A stretch of 64,000 bases of DNA from Dehalococcoidia bacterium (GCA_965207225.1 CBDBLV010000005.1:1408001-1472000), one strand, 5' to 3'. Shown: positions 40,608-51,492, numbered from the stretch's first letter. Program-made: numbers and translations. Notes: a model not told the origin generated them from the sequence alone.

Positions 40608-41553
40608 CCTGAAGGAAACTGCACGATGACTACCAGGAATGCACCATGACTTGTCAACGACCTGGATTCGAAAGGACTTGAAACCAGACCATTGAGCAGG
40701 GCCACCCAACATGCCAAATCTCCATTTTCAAACGGAGTCCAATAGAGAGAAGACATCACCGATGGCCGATGGGAATTACATTTCCCGGGTTGATAAAGAT
40801 CAACCAGAGTGTGGTGAGCGAAGGCAGGTGAACAACTACAAACTAGGACATGGTGACGGCGGGAGTGGAGCGCCATCTTCCTCTGTCACCTCTGAGATTT
40901 TGATGTGGGCCGTATCCATGGATGTCCCGAGAAATGGCGACAACGTGGGGATCCCAGAGGTATCCTCAGAGGATGTCGTCCTAACCGTCGCGTGTAAGAC
41001 GATTGACTAATGCAGGGACGAATTACGCGACTACCTGGGCCGGGAGCCCAAGAGAGATTCGTCCCTCAAGTATGTGATGATGACCGCTCCGTGTACCCGG
41101 GAAAGGCGGAGAACATTCCTGTCCAATGTGGCGGGTTACTAGTCTACAGCACCACTTTTGATGGGATTCCAGCCGGATACTACGACTGGGTGGAAGAAGG
41201 AGACGGTCAGACTCCGATGGCCAAAAACTTAGGGGCTCTAAGCTGGAAACAGACCCTCGTGGGAGTTCATAACTAGCGAATGCGGAAGCCGAGTTGCCTC
41301 GATCCAACGCACCCAGTCGTGGCCCTTAAGGGAACCGGGATGCGATTGAAAATACTACGCCGCACGCTGGCCGAGCAGCCAGATCGGTTGTCGTCGATGA
41401 TGTGCTTTCCTCGTGACTGGACCAGATTAGGAACCTAGGATGAAATTCGGGAACACACCTTTTTGAGCATGAACCCTCAAATTGGCTGCCAAAACCGCGG
41501 CCATAGAATACAAGCCGGTGGTGGAAACTAGCGGCAAGGTCAGAAAGAGGTGT

Positions 41554-41745
41554 ATGTTGGATCCTTTCAAAACGGCAGAATGGGCGCTATCCAAGGCATG
41601 TAATGCCATGAGAGCCGGTGACGGATGTGAACATTCCGGATGTGCAGAAGCTTTGGATGCGTATGAAGTGCTGGGGAGACTTCAAAGATTTGAAGGTATG
41701 GATAATAACGGGCAACTGGTAAAGGGCTACATCATCGAAGACTAG
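41554..41745 (+). CDS. Small hypothetical protein
   Basis: 63 aa, ATG 41554 after RBS-like AGAGGTG; no recognisable motif. Confidence 0.35.
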   Translation: MLDPFKTAEWALSKACNAMRAGDGCEHSGCAEALDAYEVLGRLQRFEGMDNNGQLVKGYIIED

Positions 41746-42002
41746 GCGCTACGGTTTCATTGCCCTGAACGAGCATCAATGTTCAGGAGAATCCAGCAGT
41801 AGCTTTGGCAAGCACTTTCGGTGTCCTGCTTCTAGGCATCTATTGCTTCATAGGCGGATCTTTAGCTCGCAGACCTCAAAATGTTGGTTTGCGGGCGTTG
41901 AGTTGTTGCTTAATAGCCAGCCCATGCAGCCGCGGATGCCGGTCCCGTTGATTTGTGGTCGCTAGACGCTTTGCTCTGATCTGAACTTGCCTGGGACAAG
42001 CA

Positions 42003-45000
42003 CTAGGGAGGAAGCATTTTGAGCACGGTCTGTACACAGTAGTCGACGTCATCGCGGACTTGGTGATTCCAAAATCGGACTACACGCCAGCCCAAATTTT
42101 CCAGCCTTGCGTCCCTTTCAGCATCGACTCTGGGATCCAGGTGAGTGGACTCCCCGTCTACCTCAACATCGATGCGCACTTCACCGCTGACTATTGCGAG
42201 ATCAAGCCTGTATTGGTTGACAGGGTGCTGAGGCAACGGGTTCAGGCCCTCGGCAACCAGTGCGTCATATAGGGGCCTTTCCCATGGGCCGATGTGTTCT
42301 TCCGAAGCCATAGTCGTTTCATATGGATTCGATCTCGACATCTCAACTTCCGCACAGTAAGTTGCGAAATTCCGTATGTACGGTATCCCGGAGTGGATGC
42401 AAGCATCTTTATTCCCGACTACGTGCAGCAAGGAGCGGGCCCGGGTTAGTGTAACGTTGAAGAGATTGGAAGTGTTCTTCAAGAAATTCCTGGAGCTTTC
42501 CCGCAGATCATCAGATACGCAGGGAGAAAAGAACACTACGTCTCTCTCGTCACCCTGGAAGCCATGCGCGGTATCCACTATCAGCTGTGCCCGATTGAAT
42601 AGGTCAGGCGACACACGCTGGGAGATGCGCTCGAGGATGATATTGGCTTGAGGACGGAAAGGAGTTACGACTCCGACCGTTCCGTCAAACCGCTGGTCCA
42701 CCAGAAGACTTTCCACCTGGTTTACGACCTCTTCGGCTTCCGCCATGACATACACGCTGCCATCTCTCGGCCTCGTGGCACGGCCGCTTACCTCTGTCCA
42801 CCGCACTCCATATCTCCCGTCGGGCGGGGGCTTGAGCTTCCGATAATCGATCCAAACCCTCAACGAGTTCTGATACCACTGGCGGTTCGAAAAGCTGGTG
42901 ATGTCGGCATGCGAGCGGTAATGGTCCTGCAGCTGAATGGGAGCTCTCAGAGTTGTGGCCAAATCATAGAGCGAGTTTTGACTGAACGCGAATATCTGAG
43001 AATCGGCGTCCAACTGGCATTTGGCCTGCAGATGCTGGTCTCTATGCCGTTCTATCTTGGCTATATGTCGCAACTGGTTGGCGTCACCTATGATCACGGC
43101 ACGCCTGGAGCGATAAAGGAGAGGTAGGGCGGAGGGAATATCGCATTGGCTTGCCTCGTCAATGATGAGGAGGTCGAACATGCATGGCTCAAGGTCAAGG
43201 CTGCTCCTTACCGACAAATTCGTCACGCACCAAGCAGGGATTTGGCGGGAAACATCATGAAACAAGCGGGCCATCTCTCGTCTGAGCCTGGCATATTCCC
43301 TTCCCCCCAAAAGGTCTCCCGCTAACCGTTCCTGGAGTGCTCTGAAATTGCCAATTGCCTGCCGATCAGCCGGACTCATTCGACTTGGAGAGAGTCGAGC
43401 GAACAGATCAATGAGCTTTGCGCCCGAGTCCGCGACCTCATCCTCGACTCTTCGCAGCTGCCGAGCAACTTCGTCCCTGGTCCTTAATGCGCGCAGTGCT
43501 GTAAGGCCGTCCCTATAGTTTGCGATGGCATCTAGCGCGGCCGCTCTTGACAGGGACTTCCTCGTCCAAGTCTGCCACGACTCAAAGGATTGGTCGGGGG
43601 TTGGAGACGGCCCAAGCACAGAGCACCCCTGGATCAACCGAGAAGCTATCGCCCTGATTCGATTACGGTCTCTGGAAGCAGCAATCCGAAGCATTAGCCT
43701 GCGAAGGAGGCCAACCTGCTGTTCCGTGTGCTTACCGACTAGCGTTTCTATTGCTTCCAGTAAACCCGGGTGCGGCCGTCCATGGGCCTTTTGCAATTGC
43801 TCCCATTCATGGGGAGTGTATTCCGCCATGAAGCGTTGCTGGGTGTCATATGAAGAGCTGACCCTGGAATTGGCCAGTCGGATTTCCTGCAATTCGGACC
43901 ACAGCTTTCTTTGCTGCTCCTGGGACAGTCTATATTGCGCCCTTAAGTCCTTATGTTCTTGGTGGTCAGCATTCGAGGGATTAAACGCCAACATCGATGC
44001 CAGCCGATTCGAAAGTTCATGGCGCAGATTCCTGGTCCCAGCCCTATTGCCCGTTCTTACCATTATGGGATTGGTCGAGAGAGATGACATTCGGTGCTCG
44101 ACAACGTCAACGGCCTTGTTATTCCTGCTCGTGAACAGAACGCTCTCGCCGCGCATATATGCATCGGCAATCATGGAGACAACGATCTGGGATTTGCCCG
44201 TCCCGGGCGGCCCGGTAACAACAGTCAGTGGGGAACGCATAGCCTTTCTCACAGCGTCGCGCTGTTCCTCGTTTAGTGGTACCACTTCAATGGGAACGCG
44301 CTCTTCCCCATCATTAGCCTTCCCCTCACCCATCAATGTTCCGAATGCGGTGCTCTCCCATCCGGGAGAGTTGCGGTCAACCATCTCAGTGAGATCGCGG
44401 ATCAGGCCCCTGGTGTAAGTTGGCTGTTTCGTCGCGAATAGCGCAGCGCAGTTATAGATCCCCGGCCGGTCGAAACCACTTCGGGCAGACATTGAAGATA
44501 GTTCTTGGGGATTAATCTGTTCGCGCAGGTTCTCAAGATAGCCCATCCCATCCATGCGGTTAAGCAATTCAACTATGAGCGTGATAGGGAGATCATTCGT
44601 GACATCAAGCAGGTCCAGTGAATCAAGTATCTGCCACCGCTCTTCCGCTGTGCGCGCCAAACGGCTCAGGTATTCTGGATTCAGCTCAGGCCACTCCGGG
44701 GTAACCTGGAGCCAAATTTCCTGGCCGTTTAGCTCATACTCCAGAGGCCAGGAGAACAGCGGGATGACTTGGCCGGAATCAACATCCATGTACGTGGGAT
44801 ACCCATACAGGAGAGAGCCGGTCGAGGGAGCATTTGACAACTCATAAGCGAATCCGGATTGGTCTTTTCCTATGCTGATCCGCAGATCAGCGTTATCCAG
44901 GCATGACAAGTCCGACGAAAATGGCCAAGGAATGAACTTCTTGCCGGCCTCATTCAAAGATGGGCCTATGGACTGACCCTCGTCTCGCCTTACACACTCG

Positions 45001-45074
45001 ATGTAATAGCGCAACAAGTTCTTGACGCGGACGGGTAAGGGAGGATTCACGGTTCTCGAATATCTAGAGGTCAC
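42003..45074 (-). CDS. Superfamily 1 (Upf1/DNA2-like) helicase with C-terminal DUF559/Vsr-like endonuclease
   Basis: GPPGTGKS, IIDEASQ, GDANQL, HYRS, VVTPFRPQ, TAHGFQGDERD, NVTLTRAR; C-terminal YRLDLA..VEVDG..H..DAERDARLENLGWRVVRFWN. Confidence 0.9.
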   Translation of the reverse strand: MTSRYSRTVNPPLPVRVKNLLRYYIECVRRDEGQSIGPSLNEAGKKFIPWPFSSDLSCLDNADLRISIGKDQSGFAYELSNAPSTGSLLYGYPTYMDVDSGQVIPLFSWPLEYELNGQEIWLQVTPEWPELNPEYLSRLARTAEERWQILDSLDLLDVTNDLPITLIVELLNRMDGMGYLENLREQINPQELSSMSARSGFDRPGIYNCAALFATKQPTYTRGLIRDLTEMVDRNSPGWESTAFGTLMGEGKANDGEERVPIEVVPLNEEQRDAVRKAMRSPLTVVTGPPGTGKSQIVVSMIADAYMRGESVLFTSRNNKAVDVVEHRMSSLSTNPIMVRTGNRAGTRNLRHELSNRLASMLAFNPSNADHQEHKDLRAQYRLSQEQQRKLWSELQEIRLANSRVSSSYDTQQRFMAEYTPHEWEQLQKAHGRPHPGLLEAIETLVGKHTEQQVGLLRRLMLRIAASRDRNRIRAIASRLIQGCSVLGPSPTPDQSFESWQTWTRKSLSRAAALDAIANYRDGLTALRALRTRDEVARQLRRVEDEVADSGAKLIDLFARLSPSRMSPADRQAIGNFRALQERLAGDLLGGREYARLRREMARLFHDVSRQIPAWCVTNLSVRSSLDLEPCMFDLLIIDEASQCDIPSALPLLYRSRRAVIIGDANQLRHIAKIERHRDQHLQAKCQLDADSQIFAFSQNSLYDLATTLRAPIQLQDHYRSHADITSFSNRQWYQNSLRVWIDYRKLKPPPDGRYGVRWTEVSGRATRPRDGSVYVMAEAEEVVNQVESLLVDQRFDGTVGVVTPFRPQANIILERISQRVSPDLFNRAQLIVDTAHGFQGDERDVVFFSPCVSDDLRESSRNFLKNTSNLFNVTLTRARSLLHVVGNKDACIHSGIPYIRNFATYCAEVEMSRSNPYETTMASEEHIGPWERPLYDALVAEGLNPLPQHPVNQYRLDLAIVSGEVRIDVEVDGESTHLDPRVDAERDARLENLGWRVVRFWNHQVRDDVDYCVQTVLKMLPP

Positions 45075-45275
45075 TGATAAAGTCCACTTTGAACTATCCT
45101 GCCGGGGCCATTAGATATTGGCCGTGTTCTTCAAGGGCCATGCCTCCCTCTTGGGCCGCCCCATACCGGATTTATTGGCATCCTTTAGGGTATCGGTGGC
45201 ACCGAACACACTTCCGATTCGCGAGTCATGTTGATCTGGGATACTGTTTCCTAAGGTCTGTTCACGTTCAAGCGG

Positions 45276-45680
45276 TTAGAACAAAACTTCGCGGCCAGCC
45301 TCTTGCAACAGTACTTTCATCCTGTCCAACAGGGCCTCCCTCTCGTCCAATATTAGTCTTGTTGCATCCCGTGATCCCTCTCCTGCTTGAATGAAAAGCT
45401 CAAAATCCGCGCCCACACGCTGGACATCCAAGGCCCGCCAATTCAATCGACTCCCCAAGTTGTTCAAGTTGTCGACGTCTCTGTCGCAGCTCGGATGCCA
45501 TTCCCACACGAACAAGGTCTTGTAGACCTCCAAGCGGGCTTCCTGCTCGTAGAACCGCTCTTCCAGTTCGGCGTCACCTGGCGCCCCACACCCTGTGAGA
45601 AGCGCCTTCCCGAAGACGCATACGAGAGGAATTAAGAGTCTTCTTATTTGGTCGCACGCGGGCCAATTGCAGATTGGCAC
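45276..45680 (-). CDS. Hypothetical protein, possible lipoprotein
   Basis: Hydrophobic stretch ending LLTGC (lipobox-like); start uncertain. Confidence 0.45.
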   Translation of the reverse strand: MPICNWPACDQIRRLLIPLVCVFGKALLTGCGAPGDAELEERFYEQEARLEVYKTLFVWEWHPSCDRDVDNLNNLGSRLNWRALDVQRVGADFELFIQAGEGSRDATRLILDEREALLDRMKVLLQEAGREVLF

Positions 45681-45702
45681 GGTTCGTGACTGGCATCCTA
45701 GC

Positions 45703-46125
45703 TCAGTCCTCGTGCCTTTTCAGGTAGGCTTCCCTATCTGCACCTTCCGGAAGCTCTAGGCGTCCCGTCAAACGGAATCCCTCAACGGCAGCTTCTAGCT
45801 CACTCGCCATTGAAGGATTCCCCATTTCGTTCTGCTCCCACACCCAGCAGGTGAGTTGATATGTCGGCTCCACCAGCGCTTCCCAGTCTCCGGGCTTGTA
45901 TTTCTTCACTTGCCAAGAAGAGTACTTGCCACTCCCAAGACGTTCTTGCAACAGATGGACCTTCGCTATGAACTTTCCGCCCGCCTTTATCGACGTCCAA
46001 CCTCTCGTTTCGTGCATTTGCACGAATAGGCCCAACTCATTGCACCATCCCCGTAATTCAAAAGGCATAAGCCTCTTGAGAGAGCCAATGCCTAGCAGCA
46101 TGCCTATAGTGTCTTGTGAGACCAT
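45703..46125 (-). CDS. Hypothetical protein
   Basis: 140-aa ATG ORF preceded by GAGG; protein-like composition. Confidence 0.55.
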   Translation of the reverse strand: MVSQDTIGMLLGIGSLKRLMPFELRGWCNELGLFVQMHETRGWTSIKAGGKFIAKVHLLQERLGSGKYSSWQVKKYKPGDWEALVEPTYQLTCWVWEQNEMGNPSMASELEAAVEGFRLTGRLELPEGADREAYLKRHED

Positions 46126-46470
46126 TTCTGCCTCAACTTGGAGGGAGTGCCTCCCTTCGCGCTAACCCTTCTGGCTGCCATCATTCTCTATGATGGCCGT
46201 GGTGACTTCTAGTGGCTCCAACGCTGTGAGCATTGTCGGAGACCTGTCGTCGACAGGGCCCGTGTGTCTATCTATGACGTCCATACCGCGGAAGCTATCC
46301 GGAGGGACACCTACTCCTTCGGTTTCGGTGGGTTCCGGATCCTGGAGCTCAGAATATGAGCACACTCTCACTGTGAGCGAAATCTATGTCATTCAGTCTG
46401 GCGGAGGCGATTGTGTCGTCGACGGCACTGAACGTTTTGATCGCATTTCTAGTCTGCCCGTGCACCACAA

Positions 46471-47043
46471 CTAAAGGGGTATCCAACAATTTCCTTCCCA
46501 TTTGAATAACGAGGGATTCTTGGGTCCTTTTGACCACTTTCTTGGATGCTCCAAAAAACACACATATAGGATTCCACCACAGCTACTAGCGACCTTGGAA
46601 AACATGCGCAGGGCTTGTTTCTGGCGTTCACCTTGGTAACTCGAAACGAACAGCTTGTTCTCCGAGCGGCCCATGACGAGCTTACTGAAATCTTTGATGA
46701 CCTCCCTGCTGTTGCCATTGAATTCGGACTCGACTTGCCAGAGGCACTTTTGAATGTATGGCAGTGGCTTCCTTTTGACTATCGACTTGACACATCCAAT
46801 CTGACACACCGATATATCGAACAATAACTCATTCAACTTGAAATCTTTGTTACATCCATTGTTCCTCCAGAACACTCGTTGATCCTCATTGGGATACACT
46901 TCCTGAAAGGCTTCCCCTAAGCAATTAATCCACGCGGTGGCCCTGTCCCCGTGAGTCTGCCCACGAGATTTGTTGGAATGGGCTCCCTGCTTCACTCTCT
47001 CCCAAGACTTTTCTATGAGAGCTTTAGGTTCAAAGGGGGTCAT
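46471..47043 (-). CDS. Hypothetical protein, possible PD-(D/E)XK nuclease fold
   Basis: 190 aa, RBS GAGGAG; ELLFDIS..QVESEF..DFSKL pattern. Confidence 0.55.
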   Translation of the reverse strand: MTPFEPKALIEKSWERVKQGAHSNKSRGQTHGDRATAWINCLGEAFQEVYPNEDQRVFWRNNGCNKDFKLNELLFDISVCQIGCVKSIVKRKPLPYIQKCLWQVESEFNGNSREVIKDFSKLVMGRSENKLFVSSYQGERQKQALRMFSKVASSCGGILYVCFLEHPRKWSKGPKNPSLFKWEGNCWIPL

Positions 47044-47345
47044 CAGGGTTACTCCTCGTTTTCACAACGATGGTCTATACGCTCATCAAGCCGATAACGG
47101 CCCCAGATCTGGTTCCCGCACTCGCAACAATAGGCCGCACCCTAGCTCTAGGACCCAAGCTAGTCTTCACCACGAAAAGCCCGCATTCAGAGAATCCAGC
47201 CCAGGAGCAAAAACAACCCAATCGAGGGCAAGGGCATCCACTGGTCCTGCGTACTCAGTCCTCCCTGCTCCACAAAATCCGGTATATAGTCCATTCCATA
47301 TGCCATGGTTACGACTTCCCCAAGATAGCGTAGGCCACGCGTGGC

Positions 47346-49745
47346 TCAGGTGGTAGCGTGCGGCTCACCTATCGGCGCTCCTTCCTTTGCCATCCGGTAG
47401 CCAACTCGGGGCTCGGTGAAGATATACCTTGGATTGTTGGCGTCGTCCCCGAGCTTGCGGCGCAGGTTCTTGACGGTAGCGCGTAGCAATTCATTCTCGG
47501 TTGAATACGCCTTTCCCCAGACCCGCTGCAGTATCTGGAGTTGAGTTAGGGTGCGACCAGCATTGGTAGAGAGTTCGGAAAGAAGTTTGTACTCCAACGC
47601 GGACAGATGCACGGGATTGCCGGACAAGGAGACGCTCCGTTGCGCGTAGTCTATACGTAAATCACCCTCGTGATAGAACGGGCCGGAAACCGGCGTATCG
47701 GCTGGTCTTTGCTTCCGAAGGGATGATGCGATTCTGGCCAACAGTTCGGTAGAGGAGAACGGCTTGATCATGTAGTCATCGGCTCCCATCTCAAGGGCCT
47801 TCACGACGTTCTCCTCCTGGTCGTTCGCGGACAGGAAGATGATTGGTGCTTCCGAAACCTCGCGAATTCGTTCCATCAGTTGGAATCCACTGGTACCGGG
47901 CAACATCAGGTCGAGCAGGACAAGGTGGGGTTGTTCAATGTCCAGCAGGTGCATCATCTCCTCTGCGTTGCTGGCTCCAAGAAGCTTGTACCCTTGTTTG
48001 GACAGGATGTTGCGGAGGAGCCAGAGTACCTGTGGCTCGTCATCTACGGCCAGGATTTTCCTCTGTTCGACCTGCGCCGAGACCAATGCTGTACTATTCG
48101 CCTCCAGGGAAACATCGGTGGCCTCCGGAATCGCAAAGGATATCCGAGTGCCGCAGCCCTCTCCATCGCTCTCGGCCCAGATGCGGCCGCCATGCGCTTC
48201 GACTATGCCCCTGCAGATCGCAAGTCCGAGCCCTTCCCCTGCAACCTTCTTCTTCGCTTCCCTGTCATCCAGGCGAGAGAACTTCTTGAACAGCCTGGCC
48301 AGTTGATTGGTAGGTATTCCTCTTCCTTCGTCCGTTACGGATATGACCACGAAAAACCCTTCTCGTGTTCCGGTTATTCTGATCCTAGAGAACTCCGGCG
48401 AATACTTCGATGCATTGGTCAACAGGTTGTCCAAGACCTGGGTGATTCGACGTCCATCCGCTGAGATCATGGGCAGGTTAACATCGAGGTCCATGTCAAC
48501 CGTGTGACGCGCCCCCCTACGCAGAAATGCGGTCTTTGCTTCGCTAACCAGGGATGCCACCTCCGTAGGTTTTGGAGTTACAGATAGGGCCCCAGCCTCT
48601 ATTCGGGTCATATCCAGCAGGTTGTTGACGAGTCCTCGCAGGTGGTCGGACTGTTCATCAATCATCCGGAAGTACTGGAGTAACTCGGAGATGTCCAACG
48701 GCTCGGAGCTACCCAACACTACACCTGTGCATCCCTTGATGGTTGTCAGGGGAGTCCGCAGTTCGTGACTCACCATCGCCAGGAACTCGTTTCGCAGGCG
48801 TTCCATTTCCTCAAGGGGCGTCATGTCTTGGACAACGGCGATAGCCGACACGATTCCCCCTGCGTCAGAATAGATCGGGGTTGCATTGACCAGGGTGGTC
48901 ACCTTCCGTCCGCCTGGGAGATCTACGAGTATCTCTTCGGCTCGCACGACCTCGCCGCGGTCCAGGGCTCTCGCCAGAGGTCGATCGTGGTCCTCATACC
49001 TCTTTCCATCCGTCCTCCGATAGATGGCTACCTGGTGATAGTCAACAAGCGTTGACCCCGGCTCGGGCGACATGCCGAGGATCCGTTCCGCCTCCTGATT
49101 GACCCAGGCGAATGTCCTGGTCGCCGCGTCGACCACCATCACGCCTACCGGCGAGGACTCCACCAGAGCCACCAACCGACGCCTCTCTGTCTCCAGGGCA
49201 TTCCTTGCTTGTTGCTCCTCCTCATGTCGCATGACGTTGCTGATTGCAATGGCAGCCTGGGAAGCAAACATGACCAGGGTCTCTTCGTCTTCTTCCGAGA
49301 ACTCTCCGCCTTCCTTCTCGGTGAGGTATATGTTGCCGACGGGTTTGCCAAGGTGTCGAATAGGGGCGCCCAGGAAAGTCTTCATGGGTGGGTGGTTCTC
49401 CGGGAAGCCGACGGACCGGCAATGTGAAGAGAGATCCCCAAGTCGCAGTGGCTTCTGAATCTCGTTCAAGTAGCCGAGGATTCCCTGGCCCTTGGGCAGA
49501 CTGCCCAGCAGGCGGCGCTGCTCCGGGGTAATGCCTGAGGTGATGAACTTCCGAACGCGCCCGTCCTCATCGAAGACGCCGACTGCACCATAGCGGGCGT
49601 CGGTCAGCGAACGGGCCCCGTCAACGACTTCCTGAAGCACCGTGTCCAGGTCCCAGCTCTCGGTGATGCGGCGGCTGACCCGGCTCAAGGTGGCAAGGCG
49701 CGCCCGCTGCCTTTCAATCTCTCGTGCTGCCGAATCGTCTCTCAT
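47346..49745 (-). CDS. Cytoplasmic hybrid sensor-regulator: GAF-PAS-HisKA-HATPase-REC-OmpR-type wHTH
   Basis: GAF GFPENHPPMKTFLGAPI; SHELRTPLT; NLLTNASKY, DEGRGI, GLGLAI; AVDDEP, LLDLMLPG, GADDYMIKPF; LRRKL..TEPRVGYR; no transmembrane segment. Confidence 0.92.
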   Translation of the reverse strand: MRDDSAAREIERQRARLATLSRVSRRITESWDLDTVLQEVVDGARSLTDARYGAVGVFDEDGRVRKFITSGITPEQRRLLGSLPKGQGILGYLNEIQKPLRLGDLSSHCRSVGFPENHPPMKTFLGAPIRHLGKPVGNIYLTEKEGGEFSEEDEETLVMFASQAAIAISNVMRHEEEQQARNALETERRRLVALVESSPVGVMVVDAATRTFAWVNQEAERILGMSPEPGSTLVDYHQVAIYRRTDGKRYEDHDRPLARALDRGEVVRAEEILVDLPGGRKVTTLVNATPIYSDAGGIVSAIAVVQDMTPLEEMERLRNEFLAMVSHELRTPLTTIKGCTGVVLGSSEPLDISELLQYFRMIDEQSDHLRGLVNNLLDMTRIEAGALSVTPKPTEVASLVSEAKTAFLRRGARHTVDMDLDVNLPMISADGRRITQVLDNLLTNASKYSPEFSRIRITGTREGFFVVISVTDEGRGIPTNQLARLFKKFSRLDDREAKKKVAGEGLGLAICRGIVEAHGGRIWAESDGEGCGTRISFAIPEATDVSLEANSTALVSAQVEQRKILAVDDEPQVLWLLRNILSKQGYKLLGASNAEEMMHLLDIEQPHLVLLDLMLPGTSGFQLMERIREVSEAPIIFLSANDQEENVVKALEMGADDYMIKPFSSTELLARIASSLRKQRPADTPVSGPFYHEGDLRIDYAQRSVSLSGNPVHLSALEYKLLSELSTNAGRTLTQLQILQRVWGKAYSTENELLRATVKNLRRKLGDDANNPRYIFTEPRVGYRMAKEGAPIGEPHATT

Positions 49746-49764
49746 AGATGGCCGCCCTATTTCG

Positions 49765-49889
49765 ACTCTATCATACGTTAACGGGACGCCTTGTGAAGAG
49801 CATTCACGGAAATATCCCCAATTTTCACGGATGCTTTCACGAGAATTGGGTTGCTTTTCACGGCTGTTTCACGCGGAAGGTCAATAATG
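49765..49889 (+). promoter_or_regulatory. 125-bp regulatory element, copy 1: five TTCACG direct repeats plus a -10-like box
   Basis: TTCACG at 49803, 49824, 49836, 49857, 49868; AATAAT at 49883-49888; lies between the divergent sensor-regulator and the 49953 gene. Confidence 0.75.
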
Positions 49890-49952
49890 AGCGATGTCGC
49901 AAGCAACTAAGCGCTTATTCGACAGCGGAAGGGATATTGAAAGGAGCAAGAG

Positions 49953-50756
49953 ATGAAGGCTAGAGGGTTCTTTTCCATTCTTACTGGTGTTGCGATGATC
50001 CTTGCTCTTGGCGTGGTCCTCACAATCCAGCTTGGAGGTCAAGAGGAGGTAAGTGCCGCTACGTTGACGCAACGTGCAGAATCGCAGGCCAACGTGTTGC
50101 TGGATGAGTTAAGGCCAGGGGACGTTTTGCACATTCGGTGGGAACACTACAAGCGGCACGGTCCAAAGGCAGCTTTGATTCAATCATTCCCGGAGGCATT
50201 TCCAGAACGCTTCACTTCTGATCTCTGGATTGAGGCAGGCGAAAACAATACGGGGACTAAGCAGCACACGATAGTTAGGGACTCGGAGGGGGTGATAATT
50301 CAGGAGTCTTTTGTGTTGGACGGCCTCTTTGTCACCCGCTTCCCCCGAATCAGTCAGCAGGAGAGTGAGCCTTCATCTGGCATCACCTCCCCCGCTTTGG
50401 TGCTAAATTCCGCGGGGAAGCTAATCGGTTCCCTGGGCACAAGGCAGTACGCCAACACGGGTAGGTCGCAGTTGGGAGAAACGGATGCCGTGGTGCTTGA
50501 ACTGAGTACGCCATACAGTGAAAGTGATCTGGGGACGGGGAGTTTCCGCATTCCCACGACTTTTGACCTGAATCCGTCCCAGAAGATTCAAAGGGTAGAG
50601 ATAGTAGAGACCAACCCTTTGATCTACCGGTCGACTACGTGGGTAGTGGACGCAAATGGCTCGAAGACCCTCGTTTCAGAGACTAAGGTAACCGAAGTCG
50701 AGGTCCTAAGCGCAAATCAGTTGCCGACCGGGGTATTCAGTCCATACAGCGAATAA
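49953..50756 (+). CDS. Hypothetical secreted/membrane-anchored protein
   Basis: RBS AAGGAG; MKARGFF followed by a hydrophobic helix; beta-rich body. Confidence 0.75.
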   Translation: MKARGFFSILTGVAMILALGVVLTIQLGGQEEVSAATLTQRAESQANVLLDELRPGDVLHIRWEHYKRHGPKAALIQSFPEAFPERFTSDLWIEAGENNTGTKQHTIVRDSEGVIIQESFVLDGLFVTRFPRISQQESEPSSGITSPALVLNSAGKLIGSLGTRQYANTGRSQLGETDAVVLELSTPYSESDLGTGSFRIPTTFDLNPSQKIQRVEIVETNPLIYRSTTWVVDANGSKTLVSETKVTEVEVLSANQLPTGVFSPYSE

Positions 50757-50821
50757 AGGACCAGAAGTGCTTATACAAAGAGTGAAGATAGCTCATCAAA
50801 CCTTGTCCCGGGGGGTGTTCC

Positions 50822-51280
50822 ATGAAAAGCATGACCCTGAAACTACTAACATTGGTTATAGTCGTAGCACTCTCGATTGCGGGCGGTTCGGTTGCCTATG
50901 CTCACAGCAGCCAGACGTCCTCGTCCACTACAGTCAGTGGAGTGAAATTGACCTGGAAGGAAACAATTACCCACGGCGCCGAATGGGGCGGTGTGTCCAC
51001 CACAAAAACCGATGGTACGAATATCGACAACATCACGGCTGCCTCTGAAGGGCGGGAGATTTGCTTTGGCGTCGTCTACCATAACGAGTGGTACCAACAG
51101 AACACACGGTTCAATACCTGGATCGTAACTGCCGGCGGCGGCAACGACATGGAACCCACCTGTCCTCTATTGGATGATCAATTGAAAGTGTTGGGGTATC
51201 ACGCATGGGAGGATGACGATATCCCAGAGACCGAAGAAGTCGACACACATACTCACCCTCATCCAAATATACCGGTGTAG
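50822..51280 (+). CDS. Hypothetical secreted protein
   Basis: Signal peptide ending AYA; 152 aa with two Cys. Confidence 0.72.
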   Translation: MKSMTLKLLTLVIVVALSIAGGSVAYAHSSQTSSSTTVSGVKLTWKETITHGAEWGGVSTTKTDGTNIDNITAASEGREICFGVVYHNEWYQQNTRFNTWIVTAGGGNDMEPTCPLLDDQLKVLGYHAWEDDDIPETEEVDTHTHPHPNIPV

Positions 51281-51492
51281 GCAATTACACGCCCGGTTGT
51301 CCTTTCCTCTGCTCTGTTATCCGCCTGGTCTCTCATAAAGTGGAAAACGGGGTGGATTCCAGAAGGAATTTCCTACCAACTGAACAACTATAGGACTGGC
51401 CCTGTGTGCGCATCCTCTATTTGGGGGTGCACGCAAGGCCAAGCATAGTGCTGACCCACGGCGCAAAATGCGGGCAATAACTGTGAGGTTTT

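Noticed and set aside
40604-41420. Short ORFs at 40711 and 41010
   Set aside because: No motif or convincing RBS; probably non-coding or decayed sequence.
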